A stretch of 16,869 nt of DNA from positions 183,032,121 to 183,048,989 of the forward strand of contig JANKJI020000002.1 of the NCBI GenBank assembly GCA_024626585.2, written 5' to 3'. A program made the position numbers and the translations under genes. Below, one piece after another: positions 1-10,154 of this stretch. Source of the DNA: Ginkgo biloba (lineage: Eukaryota > Plantae > Ginkgophyta). The notes under the pieces are model-generated. The model saw nothing but the letters and a program-made list of their open reading frames with translations. It was not told the DNA's origin and ran no database searches. Each line of letters begins with the position of its first letter. The stretch's first letter is position 1.

Positions 1-1380
1 ATTTCTTGCTGTCTGATTGCCTTAAGTTCATTCATTCACTCCTCAGGCAGTGGCTTCTCTTTCTTAGTTTACTCTGCAGTGGGCACTATAATTGCAAAGA
101 AGCATGTTTCAATTGACTTCATGCCATATAAACATCTGTGTTTTGACTGTATTGAACCTAAATATATCATAGTGGAGTCTGCAATTATTTATAAAGAATA
201 TGTGTTGTGATGTTTATGTATAGTATTTTTAGAGTGGCTTAATGTTGAGTGCACACAATCATGGTATTTTGGTATTTTATTATAAATTTTTAGCAGTCAG
301 ATTCTGCAAAGATATCACATGCTTAGATCTGAATTGGAATGTGTTTTACTGAGACCAAACCATTGATTTTGATTTATTGTTAAGTTGATGCTGTGTTTAA
401 ATTATATTGATTTNNNNNNNNNNGAAATCTTTATCACCTTCCCAGATGTTATCATGACCTAATATTGATTTTCCATTCTGATCCCACATTTCTGTTCTCC
501 TTTGAAAGTGAGACTGAGTCTGATCTACTTCCCAATTTAATTTTACTCTACCCTGCTGTGTGCTTGCTCTGAATTTTTCCTGCCGACTATCATACTCTCA
601 CTCAGTTTGGACAAGAAGAGCTGTATTTAGCACCTGCTACTGTGTACCCTCTGGCTGTTTGAATGTATCCTAGGAAACAAATTTCCACCTATCCATACAC
701 AAAAAATTGTCTTTCCTTACTTTTAAGGGACATTATACAAAAATATCCAATATGATTTATTATTTGCCATCCATATACAGCTATTAGCAATGAAACACAG
801 AACCCTAACCTCTTGATTTTAGACATAGACTTCATCCAGCAGCTCTATGCTGGATATTTTGGAGTTNNNNNNNNNNNNNNNNNTTTTCCACATGCTGGTC
901 TTTGGTTTATCCAATTGACTTCTTTTGATCATTTTGCAAATGTGAATATGACTTCTTTTGGTATCCTCTTGTTTGTCTTCTCAAACCCTTTTGATCAAGG
1001 ACATGAAATTTGTTTTAAGCATTTTTCAGCTGGCATTTAGGACACACAGTTGCACACATTTTCAAGCTAGCAATTGAAGAATTTTCCATTCACATTTTTA
1101 AGTTGCATCCTGGAGGATAATGTCATCCATTTCTCCTGCATTTTTGAGCTGTGTTTGTGAAACAATTTCAATGCATCATGGAGGCTGCTAGTGCAGTCCA
1201 TCTGATGTTAACAGTAGGACTAAGACTCTCTCTAAATTTTTCCACCAGATAGGTTTTGATAGAAGTCATCCTGTCATAAAAATCTTATCTCGATCTCTTC
1301 TTCTTAATTCTTAGACTTGCGCATAATTAAAAACCAACCATGGAGCCACATTAACTTTGATACCATTTTAAAAAGATACG

Positions 1381-1794
1381 TGTTAGGATCTTGTTGGCTC
1401 TATGGTAATCTATAGGTTAGATATGTGAATGAAATATGCATACTCATCAAATAATAATATTTAAGATAACATAAGGAATATATCAATAACATAAACACAA
1501 GTATGAGAATGATCATAAGTGATAATGATCCACAATAGATATAAAGACACAGTATGTATAATGGAAAACCCAATATGGAAAAAATCATTTTGAAATAAGC
1601 TAGCTTGCTCTTGCATCTCACTTACATCACTTGCTTATCCATATTAATTAGAGAGAAAATACTTTATAGATTACATGAATTGAGGATGAAGAAATCTCTT
1701 CTAATCTAAACCATTAAATAAATTATAAGCTCAAGATATAACATTTGAGAAACTCCTCACATTTGAGGGTGAGTAAACATCACTTATTCTAACA
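1381..1794 (-). repeat. Copia long terminal repeat (~414 bp)
   Basis: Inverted termini TGTTAG (1381) ... CTAACA (1794), abutting the PPT. TATA-like TCTATAAAGT on the minus strand at 1661-1670. The distal (1381) boundary is inferred from terminal symmetry. Confidence 0.75.
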
Positions 1795-2208
1795 CCCTTC
1801 CTTGATGTTTACTCTAATAATGATGAGGGATAACTTGTGCTACTTAAATTTATCTTTTGATAGAGGTTTTGTAAGAATGTTTGTTGTCTATTATCCTATA
1901 GTAAAATACTTGAGCTTGATCTATTTTTCTAATGCTTTCTCTCTAATGAAGTGATAATCAATTTCAATATATTTAGTTCTTTCATAAAAAGTTGGATTCT
2001 TGACCATATTTATTACACTTTGATTTCCTCACCATAAATTTGTTGGACATGTTTGTTTGTATTAAAGATCTTCCAAGATTCTTCTTAGCCATATTACTTC
2101 TTTGACTACTATTGATATAGCTCTATATTCTAATTCTATTGAAGATAATGTAATAGTGTGTTGTTTTTGTTGCACCATGATATTACTCATGATCCTAGAT
2201 CAAATATA
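1381..2208 (-). mobile_element. Decayed Ty1/Copia LTR retrotransposon 3' end: RNase H remnant + PPT + 3' LTR
   Basis: The minus strand translates, with stops and a frameshift, to FDLGS*VISWCNK..HTITLSSIELEYRAI...KEVIWLRRILEDL and MVKNPTFYERTKYIEIDYHFIREKALEK*IKLKYFT...NILTKPLSKDKF, both Copia RNase H motifs. A polypurine tract AAGGAAGGG (1803-1795) directly precedes the LTR. Confidence 0.92.
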
Positions 2209-2308
2209 NNNNNNNNNNNNNNNNNNNNNNNNNNNNNNNNNNNNNNNNNNNNNNNNNNNNNNNNNNNNNNNNNNNNNNNNNNNNNNNNNNNNNNNNNNNN
2301 NNNNNNNN

Positions 2309-2353
2309 AGATATTGGAGTGCCACCAACAGCTGGTGGTGCGGGTTTGCTTGG
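2309..2353 (+). CDS. SCYL1: SCYL1/CTEXP-like internal exon (5' part hidden in the 100-N gap); encodes ...DIGVPPTAGGAGLLG
   Basis: The frame from 2310 reads D-I-G-V-P-P-T-A-G-G-A-G-L-L-(GG), followed by a perfect donor GG|GTAAGT at 2354. Phase 2 matches the next exon (GG+T = Gly), giving AGLLG|WAMSSLTLKGK, which I recognise from plant CTEXP/SCYL1 proteins. Not in the ORF track in this frame. Confidence 0.88.
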
Positions 2354-2769
2354 GTAAGTTGCTTTTGCATGAACTTAAAATTATTCAACGATTGAGTAAA
2401 GAAGGGAGCATAATTCTGCTTTTAGCCTTTTCTGTTGATTTTGCATTCCCTGTCTTCTGCTTTTAGCCATTTAATTAGTTAGCTTTTGTATGTGTGAGGT
2501 TGCTACTTTGATTTCTTGCATTTGCCTTTATGCCTACATAAAATAGAAAGATTCCGAACCTTTCCAGCTGTTGATTCTTAACCAACAGAGAACTAATCGG
2601 GCATAGAGAATTGGGAAGTTTGCTTATGTCAGTTATGGATATGAATGTAAGCTTTTTGAATGATCATGAGGCATCTCATTTATGCACAGGTTGGAATGTA
2701 CGCTCTCTTTTTAAAATGTGATCTTTGGCCTTACCAGAGACTGTGCTGATAAAGTTCAGGAACTGGTGT

Positions 2770-3070
2770 TGAAGGAAGATAGATTCTGGACATCAATTAT
2801 TATGTTGAGGGGATGGAAGAAGTTGCAAGGAGAATGAAATTAAGGTTTAGAATATGATATCTTATTTTTAACTTCCACAAAGCTAAACATTGGAGTTTTG
2901 GACCCAACTTTTCCGAAAACATAATTGTCAATGGAAAATAATTGTGAGACTTGTAACTTCTTGTGAACATTGAAGAATCAAAACTGACCAACCAAATCTA
3001 ATTTGAAAATGCAAAAATCCCAAAATGTTAAACACATGTTGGGAATGGCACTTGGGCTCGATGTGGACTA
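2770..3070 (+). mobile_element. Possible very degenerate LINE ORF1 (zinc-knuckle) remnant
   Basis: A stop-ridden plus frame reads LLVNIEESKLTNQI*FENAKIPKC*T then (frameshift) CWEWH, loosely like the ILV.ID...YE.LP..C..C...GH pattern of plant L1 ORF1. Weak. Confidence 0.25.
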
Positions 3071-4929
3071 ACCTGCAAGAATGAAGGAAAACATGGATAG
3101 TATCTTGGAACATAGTTCCACCTCTTGTGTTGATTTCCTGGATGTCAGTGTCTTGTCATTAAATCTGATCAACCAATATCAATCAACAGATGACAGAGAT
3201 CTTTGAAAAAATTCCTAGCTGCTTCAAAGGGTCATAGAAACCTGAAGTACAAGAATTTCTTCCTCTTGAAAGATCTAGGAAGGCAAATAGATGCAGTGAG
3301 AAATAACACCAGAATGGTAGAGCCGAGAGCTGAAATTGGGTTGGCCAGTAGAGATTTAATGTGGCATGTCGGATACGTGGAGNNNNNNNNNNNNNNNNNN
3401 NNNNNNNNNNNNNNNNNNNNNNNNNNNNNNNNNNNNNNNNNNNNNNNNNNNNNNNNNNNNNNNNNNNNNNNNNNNNNNNNNNNNNNNNNNNNNNNNNNNN
3501 NNNNNNNNNNNNNNNNNNNNNNNNNNNNNNNNNNNNNNNNNNNNNNNNNNNNNNNNNNNNNNNNNNNNNNNNNNNNNNNNNNNNNNNNNNNNNNNNNNNN
3601 NNNNNNNNNNNNNNNNNNNNNNNNNNNNNNNNNNNNNNNNNNNNNNNNNNNNNNNNNNNNNNNNTTGAGGACAATCAGACACTTTGCTATGGACCTGGCT
3701 AGCCTTACAGAAGAAACAGTGATGAGCTTGGTCACTTACCAATCACAAAGTGGGTGCGCGCACACTCTATGGCATATTAACAAATTCAGGAAGATTGGCT
3801 GCTCTAAGATATCTCAGACACTGAGGATTTGCCTCTTTATAATCCCCGTTGGTCTGTAGGTAATGGGCACTTTATCATTGACAATCAAAGCTATCAAGGC
3901 AGTGAAGAGCAGATAGCATAAGATCTGGATTATCAAGGTGGGGACTTCTTGCAAGGGCATAACTATAATGGAAGAGTCAAAGAGATTTTTCTTTGAGAGG
4001 TGAACTGAAAGCGGGGCAGAATGCCTGACCTCCTATGGTCTGTTAAAGAAAAGAATATTTACTTTCTTGTAACTTCCTATATAGAATCTCTTAGTCTTTT
4101 GATGCCATCCAGGGTCTCACAGCAAGGCTCTATGACAGACATATCCACACCAGATGAAATTCTCTAGCAGGTCTTTGGAGACTTTATAGTAGTGGATGAG
4201 GATGGATAGGCTGATTCTTAGTGGTTGTGATGGAAGGTGCTCGATGGAGCACTTGTGGGGACAGCTCTCTTCTACTCTCATGATACTTATGTTGCCTCAC
4301 AGCTATTGTATCGTATTGCCTTATGAGTTCCATAGATATAAGACATTCTTAGATTCCCTTTAAGACTTTAGACCTTTTATTGGAGATGACTTTTCCACTT
4401 CTTAGATATAATTTTGTATGTGCTATTCCTACAGTTCCATTGACAGCTATTGGTCATTTGTGAACATTAGTATAATTTCTTTTCTTTCTTGGTCTCAGTC
4501 ACACAGTAGAAAGAAAACTTCATTTTTTTTGTTGTTCTGTGCATGCTACACTGGTGCTACTGGTCAGTGTAAGCTGAATGGCACACTGAATAATGAACTT
4601 GATTTACTCTGAACTTTTATTAATACAATCCATGTTTTCATGTCCCAAAAAATAAATATGAAAATGTGATTTGTGAACATTACATAGATATAGAAAAGAT
4701 TGAGAATGATATTTGATTAGATCCTACAATACCTTGTTCACTGAGCTCATCCATCACCAAACAATCTCTCTTGGATGGAAAGAATGCAGGCTTATGGTTT
4801 TCCATTCAATATGCATAAACTTAGGAAATTGACCACAATCATGTTATCTTATAAGCCATCGAGGCTTGTAGAGTGTTACAATTCCTTTGGGATTACAGTC
4901 CTTATACCTCAAAAATTGAATTATTGGAT

Positions 4930-5468
4930 TGAACTGGTTGAAGACTGTGAATGTTTGTGATTTTTCCCTCAAGGATAAACCCAGACCTTTCTTTAGAAAT
5001 CATCAATGAAGGTCAAGAAGTACTTGGCCTCCAAGTGAGGTGGTTGGCATTGGTCCACAAATGTCTGAGTGAACCAATTTGAGCTTCTCCTTTGCTCTCC
5101 AAGATTTCTTTTTCGAGAATGGTTATCTGTGCTTCTTACCCATTATACAAGGTTCACATGATCCATTTTTTGTAGTTATCTTGGGAAGGCCTATCACCTT
5201 GTCCATCTTATTCAATAACTGAAGACTTGTGTAGTGCAAGTGACCCATCCTCTCATGCCACAATCTTTTCTTCTGAAATACAACAATGAAGGCCCTTTGA
5301 TTCTCTAACCTACTATTCAACCTATACAGGCTATTTTCTCGAGTACCTTCAACCACCACCTTATTTTAACTATCCCTAATGGTGCATTTACTATGCTGAA
5401 ATAGAACACTCTTATCTTGTTGTTCAATTTTTGCTACAGATATTAAATTGGCCTTCAAACCAAGTACA
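4930..5468 (-). mobile_element. Decayed Ty1/Copia pol fragment: protease C-terminus, GAG-pre-integrase domain and integrase N-terminus
   Basis: Minus strand: VLGLKANLISVAKI..VLFQHSKCTIRD; LYRL...LWHERMGHLHYTSL...VIGLPKI...CEPCIMGKKHR*PF...KLKLVHSDICGPM; KYFLTFIDDF*RKVWVY..LREKSQTF. These are canonical Copia motifs with stops and frameshifts. Cut by the 100-N gap at 5469. Confidence 0.95.
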
Positions 5469-6116
5469 NNNNNNNNNNNNNNNNNNNNNNNNNNNNNNNN
5501 NNNNNNNNNNNNNNNNNNNNNNNNNNNNNNNNNNNNNNNNNNNNNNNNNNNNNNNNNNNNNNNNNNNNGCTAGAATACCTAAAACTAACTAAAGTTCACT
5601 ATAGCTAACTGAAACTAATACTTAAAGGCTAGGAACCCTTAGCTTATGGATAATAGATGAGATCTACATGAAATCAATTAACTACCCCTAATTTTGGGGA
5701 TTTACTAATCATTCCCATGAAGAAGAATCTAATGGATGACTATCGAAGCCAAACTACCAAACTAACTACTCCTAGGTGGGACGCCCCTTGCCATGCAAGG
5801 GTGGNNNNNNNNNNNNNNNACACTCAATATATTTATGATTACATGCATTATTTCCTAAGTCCTATCTTAAGATATTGTGAGCATTACAACCTTACCCTTC
5901 ACACTTTCCTCCATCCTAACCACCTAGGCATAGGGTTTAACCAACATGTGTAAAATGTGCAACCGCCTGCATCATAAAGCTTAGGTTTAGTAGCATCCCT
6001 CAAGGCTAAATTTAAAATACTCCTCAAGGTTTTCCTTTACCCACTTCGCAGAAGTTTGGGCTATAATAGAGACTTGATGCAAATTCTACAGAATGTACAT
6101 AGAGAGCCTATAAAAG

Positions 6117-6795
6117 TGGTATAAGTACCAAGTTTCAGTTCACATTTATTCCACAAAGATGATATATGTGAGGGATGTGAAACAACTTGAAAGAAACCTT
6201 GGAGAATGACAACAAAAGTTGGATGAATTATGAGTTATGTTGTCTTCGAGGAAATAGAAGACCACAATTTGAATGTGTCTATATGAAAAGCAATAAAGGA
6301 GAAAAATTCCTTGCATTTGAGGAAAGACAAGATAAAGAGGAGTGTGAAAAGCAGAGTGTCTTAAAAAGTATTAAAAGAGAGAGACATCATGATCAAAGAC
6401 AATCAATCTTAAAGCAATCATCAACAAGACAAAGAAAAGAGAAAATATCAAGNNNNNNNNNNNNNNAAGATGCTTGAGTTCAATGATAAAAGAATAGGAG
6501 CGAAATTCCACTCTTGTCTAAGTAATGTGGTAAGGTATTTTAAGGCTTATAATACTTCTAATGCAAATAAACTTATCCTTTCTTAGTTGTCATCATCAAT
6601 GCAATTAGTATATGGTGGGAAGGAATTGAAAGAGAGTCTCAAAGAAGAGCAAGAGAACCCATTGATATAGGGGAACAAATTAAGAAAGGGATGGCTAGAA
6701 GGTATACTTTAGCAAACGATAAGAGAGAAGCACTAAGACAGTTGGAAGAGTTGAGGTAAACAAGTCTAGTGTAGGATTATAACCAAGGTTGGAAG
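6117..6795 (+). mobile_element. Decayed Ty3/Gypsy 5' internal region: PBS-like site and gag (Retrotrans_gag-like) remnant
   Basis: TGGTATAAGTACC (6117-6129) matches the tRNA-iMet PBS TGGTATCAGAGCC at 10/13. From 6470: MLEFNDK...FHSCLSNVVRYFKAY...NKLILS, then (frameshift) SIWWEGIERE...EPIDIGEQIKKGMARRY...REALRQLEELR*TSLV*DYNQ, matching the Gypsy Gag pattern (WW...I..W..K..M..RF...L..L.Q...V.EY). 5569-6113 may be its LTR or another repeat. Confidence 0.7.
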
Positions 6796-7519
6796 CCCTA
6801 TNNNNNNNNNNNNNNNNNNNNNNNNNNNNNNNNNNNNNNNNNNNNNNNNNNNNNNNNNNNNNNNNNNNNNNNNNNNNNNNNNNNNNNNNNNNNNNNNNNN
6901 NTTACTTCTTAATGCATAATCCTCATAAGTAATCTACCATTGATAACCATTATATTAAGTCTTTATAAAATGAATATCAATAAGAAAAGTGTTTTCAAAC
7001 AACCATACGAGATCAAGCTTTCAAAATTTGGATCATTTTGCTCCCAAAGTCTCCATGACTATCTCAATCTTATCTCTAGTGATTTTATAACTTTCTATAA
7101 GCATAAAGTGAAAAAAATTGAGAACTTGGACTATGCATAAAAGGAGTTTAAAGTTGCAATTGAATCCTTTATATTTTTTTCACCTTTTCTTACATGTCAT
7201 TTTCTTGGTGCTAAGGATTCAACGCCTTTGAATTCTTACCCATTTATTTGATTTTTGTATTTTTCTAAATGCACTCATCCTTTATTCCATTATTTTTCAT
7301 TTTTGACAACGTTACTGCTCTTTTGAGTATCAAATTAGATGTTTGTCATCTTAGAGTGGCGAGGAATTGAATTATCAAATGCATAGGTGCATTTGTCTAA
7401 CTTTTATAATATATAAATGGTATTAGCTTATTAAAATGATGATAAAATAATGTACTAATGACCCCTACAATTTAAAATCCATTTGACCACTTTTATTCAA
7501 AGAATCTATGTAGGGATGT

Positions 7520-8310
7520 TTGTAGACTAACTCTCTAACAAAAAAGGCACACATATCAAATTATCACTAGCAAAATCTTAAGATGTAACTTGGGCAAAGA
7601 CGAACATCTATGCCATTTNNNNNNNNNNNNNNNNNNNNNNNNNNNNNNNNNNNNNNATAGATTGAGACAAAGTGACTTGAAGGTTGTGTGTCAATATGGA
7701 AATAATATCTTTTAAGAAGATATAATTGGCCAACTCATTTTCAATATCTTTTCTTACAATTGCTACATGGGCATAAATTATATATATATGGATTATTTCA
7801 AAAATAGTAGATGGAGTTATCCAGAAGCCAAAGGAGATCCCTATCAAGGTGTATAATTATAATTATGGGTCTANNNNNNNNNNNNNNCAGAGGAGGTTGT
7901 TTATTTTCTTAGAATTGGTAAGGGTTAAATTGATAGATCAAACTAGTTATTGAATAGTCTAATGACCAGTCAAATATTAAAAAACATAGGTTTTGAGGGT
8001 AGAGATCTAAATATCTAATCTTGAAACACCCTCTTTGAGGGAGCTCTCTATGAACAATTATGGTGGTGATGGGACTTCTTGGTAGACTTTAAGATGAGGG
8101 GGGAGAGTGTCGATCATAGAAAGAGTGTGATTAAATGAAGAATCATAAAGAAAAATGTTGAGGTAAGAGATGGAGTCCCTCACCTTGCATAACAACCATC
8201 TTCCTTATGCAAGGTAGGAAACCAACTTGTGATTAGTGGATGGGAATCTAATAGACTATCAACTATACAAAAGAAGAGTGTGATAGAACATTTACCATCC
8301 ATAATCTTTA
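7520..8310 (-). mobile_element. Highly eroded Gypsy-like integrase remnant
   Basis: Minus-strand traces MVNVLSH (~VADALSR), LPIL (~PLPIP), KDIISILTHNLQ (~IL..L..NL..AQ) and DFASDNL (~F.VGD.V) occur in the expected order. Similarity is weak. Confidence 0.35.
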
Positions 8311-8671
8311 AGTTATTAAAGCTTAGATGAATTAAACTGGCACTACTCCCTTGGTTATCGATGGATGAGAATCAAACCTATCTTCTTTTTCTTTTCTTTC
8401 CTGTTTCCTAGTATGTTCAAAAACTCTTGACCAAGTATATCTCAAGGTTCTTTTCAGAAACATGTGTGTTAGTATTGATGTTGCTTTGTTTTCTGAATTC
8501 TTTTCTAGCATTCGTTGTTGTTAACATCAAGACTATCTTGTGAAATTGTGAAATCACTCCCATTTTCAATTTAAACAAAGTTCAGGTATGCAATTTATCC
8601 TTTTAGAGCATAGTCTGACATTACAAGCTATGATTGCTGATATTTGTAACTGGTTCTGTTTGTCAATGCAG

Positions 8672-8790
8672 TTGGGCAATGAGTTCTTTGACATTGAAGG
8701 GAAAGGCATCTGAACACACTCCTATTTCAACTTCTAATTCCATTGTAGCTTCAGCAGGCCATTCAACCTCGAAAGTGTCTAATAGCCCAG
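8672..8790 (+). CDS. SCYL1: SCYL1/CTEXP-like exon, 119 nt: (G)WAMSSLTLKGKASEHTPISTSNSIVASAGHSTSKVSNSP
   Basis: Acceptor TTTGTCAATGCAG| ends at 8671 and donor CCAG|GTAATC starts at 8791. WAMSSLTLKGK is a conserved plant SCYL1 motif. Phase 2 in, phase 1 out, compatible with both neighbours. Confidence 0.95.
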
Positions 8791-9147
8791 GTAATCTTTA
8801 TTCTCTGCTTTCAAGCAGATATATAGCATATAACAATGGCATGAACCTGGCAACTTCTCATTTTGTCTGTTTTAAGGCATCTTAAAGATTTTATTTTACA
8901 GCCTAAATGTAGTTGGTGCTATAGAACTGTAAATATGGATTCTTTGAATCTCTTTGTAGAAGCTTAGTTGCAATCTCAACGATGCAGAAAAGGAACTATT
9001 TTTCTAAAGTTACCATTAATCCTTTGAAACTGTGTGCCTCTTTTACAGTAGCTAGAGTGCCATCTACTTGGCAGAATGCCAAGCATCTTGCAAGGATATG
9101 CATAAAAGGGTAGGGAACAAAGAAACAAATTTGATTGAGAGCTGAAG

Positions 9148-9334
9148 TGAATTTTCTGGAACAAATATAACCAATTTCAGATCAAACTGCGATCAGATTT
9201 ACACAATTAATGTGCCAATAATGAGAGAACTGATTACTGTTATGAATTTACTCGAACAAATATTACCAATTTCAGATGAAACCATGATCAGATATACACA
9301 ATGAATATGTCAATAATGAGTGAACTGATTACTG
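9148..9334. repeat. Tandem duplication, period 95 bp, 2 copies
   Basis: 9148-9239 vs 9243-9334 align without gaps, 12 mismatches in 92 bp (~87%). Confidence 0.92.
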
Positions 9335-10154
9335 AACTCTAGAAATTGATAGTAATTGAATGACTGATTTCCCACATAAATCAAGTGGGAGATGCGGACT
9401 TACAGATAATCTGGTATTGAGTGGAGATAGCCTGTTTCACTTCTCTTGTGAAGCAACAGAAATTCACTGTGAGAAATCTGTCTTCACACTGCTAGAATGC
9501 TTGATAATAAATTTCAATCTCATCAGCCATTCAAGATTATAATACCACAAGTGACTATTCTTTAACCAGAATTAGATTTCGCATGCATGTCTCAAGCAAT
9601 TTCCTATAATGCGTGAGAATGCCCAAGCACATTTGTGCAAGATTAAACAGTATAAATTTCCAGCAAAGAAGGGAAACCCTATGGCACCGTAAGGTGAGGC
9701 ACATCTGCACAAGAAGTTAGCCCATATGCATGAGATCCTCCTGGTGAGCATAAACATGAGAATGCTTCAGAGCAAATGAATAAATGACACGGAACAATCA
9801 CGGGGCTCCCTTTGTGTCGAAATTCACAGTTCTTCATCTACATAATTCTGAAACATTTTTGGGGCTTTCCCTTGCTACTTAAACGTATTTTGCTAATAAA
9901 TCATCACTCGGGCAGTTTCAGGAGCCGAATTTTGGATTTTGGAAGCAAAGTGTTAAGCTTCTTGAAGATTCTTGATTGGAAACAACTCAAACGACTACAA
10001 AATGCTGGAACGTAGTCAATATATTTGAGCACCAAATTTTGAAGCTCAAGTTTGATGGAGAGCTTCTGAATTGATTGGTGGGTCTGGAAATTTCTCTGCT
10101 CTAACTGAGAGATAATTCTTCCACACTAAAAATTGTATATGTGTTTTGTGTGCA

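Noticed and set aside
480-1150. Possible TE protein remnant on the minus strand (CATVCPKCQ-like motif) and short TGACTTCTTTTG repeats at ~917 and ~949
   Set aside because: No ordered set of domain motifs could be recovered; too weak to call.
3183-3859. Long ORFs of 100-218 aa in the ORF track (similar cases at 2102-2466, 10524-10973, 12072-12505, 15208-15605)
   Set aside because: Their length comes from translating through N gaps.
9068-9082. TTGGCAGAATGCCAA resembles a miR394 target site, or the miR394 5' end on the minus strand
   Set aside because: The match covers only ~13 nt, arises from a local palindrome, and has no precursor fold.
9495-9532. Minus-strand CTGATGA-gatt-GAAA resembling a hammerhead ribozyme core
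   Set aside because: Only 4 nt where helix II should be, and helices I and III do not pair properly around an NUH site.
9620-9705. miR828-site-like CACATTTGTGCAAGA plus AAGGTGAGGCA, suggesting TAS4
   Set aside because: Seed-region mismatch, and the siR81-like stretch is short and in the wrong orientation for TAS4.
9715-9875. Fragments resembling RNase MRP (GGAAAGCCCC, ACGGGGCT, CATATGGGCT), an Sm site, and miR159/319 or miR395
   Set aside because: Motifs are on inconsistent strands or in the wrong order, there is no USE/TATA snRNA promoter, and the miRNA similarities have several mismatches and no star arm.
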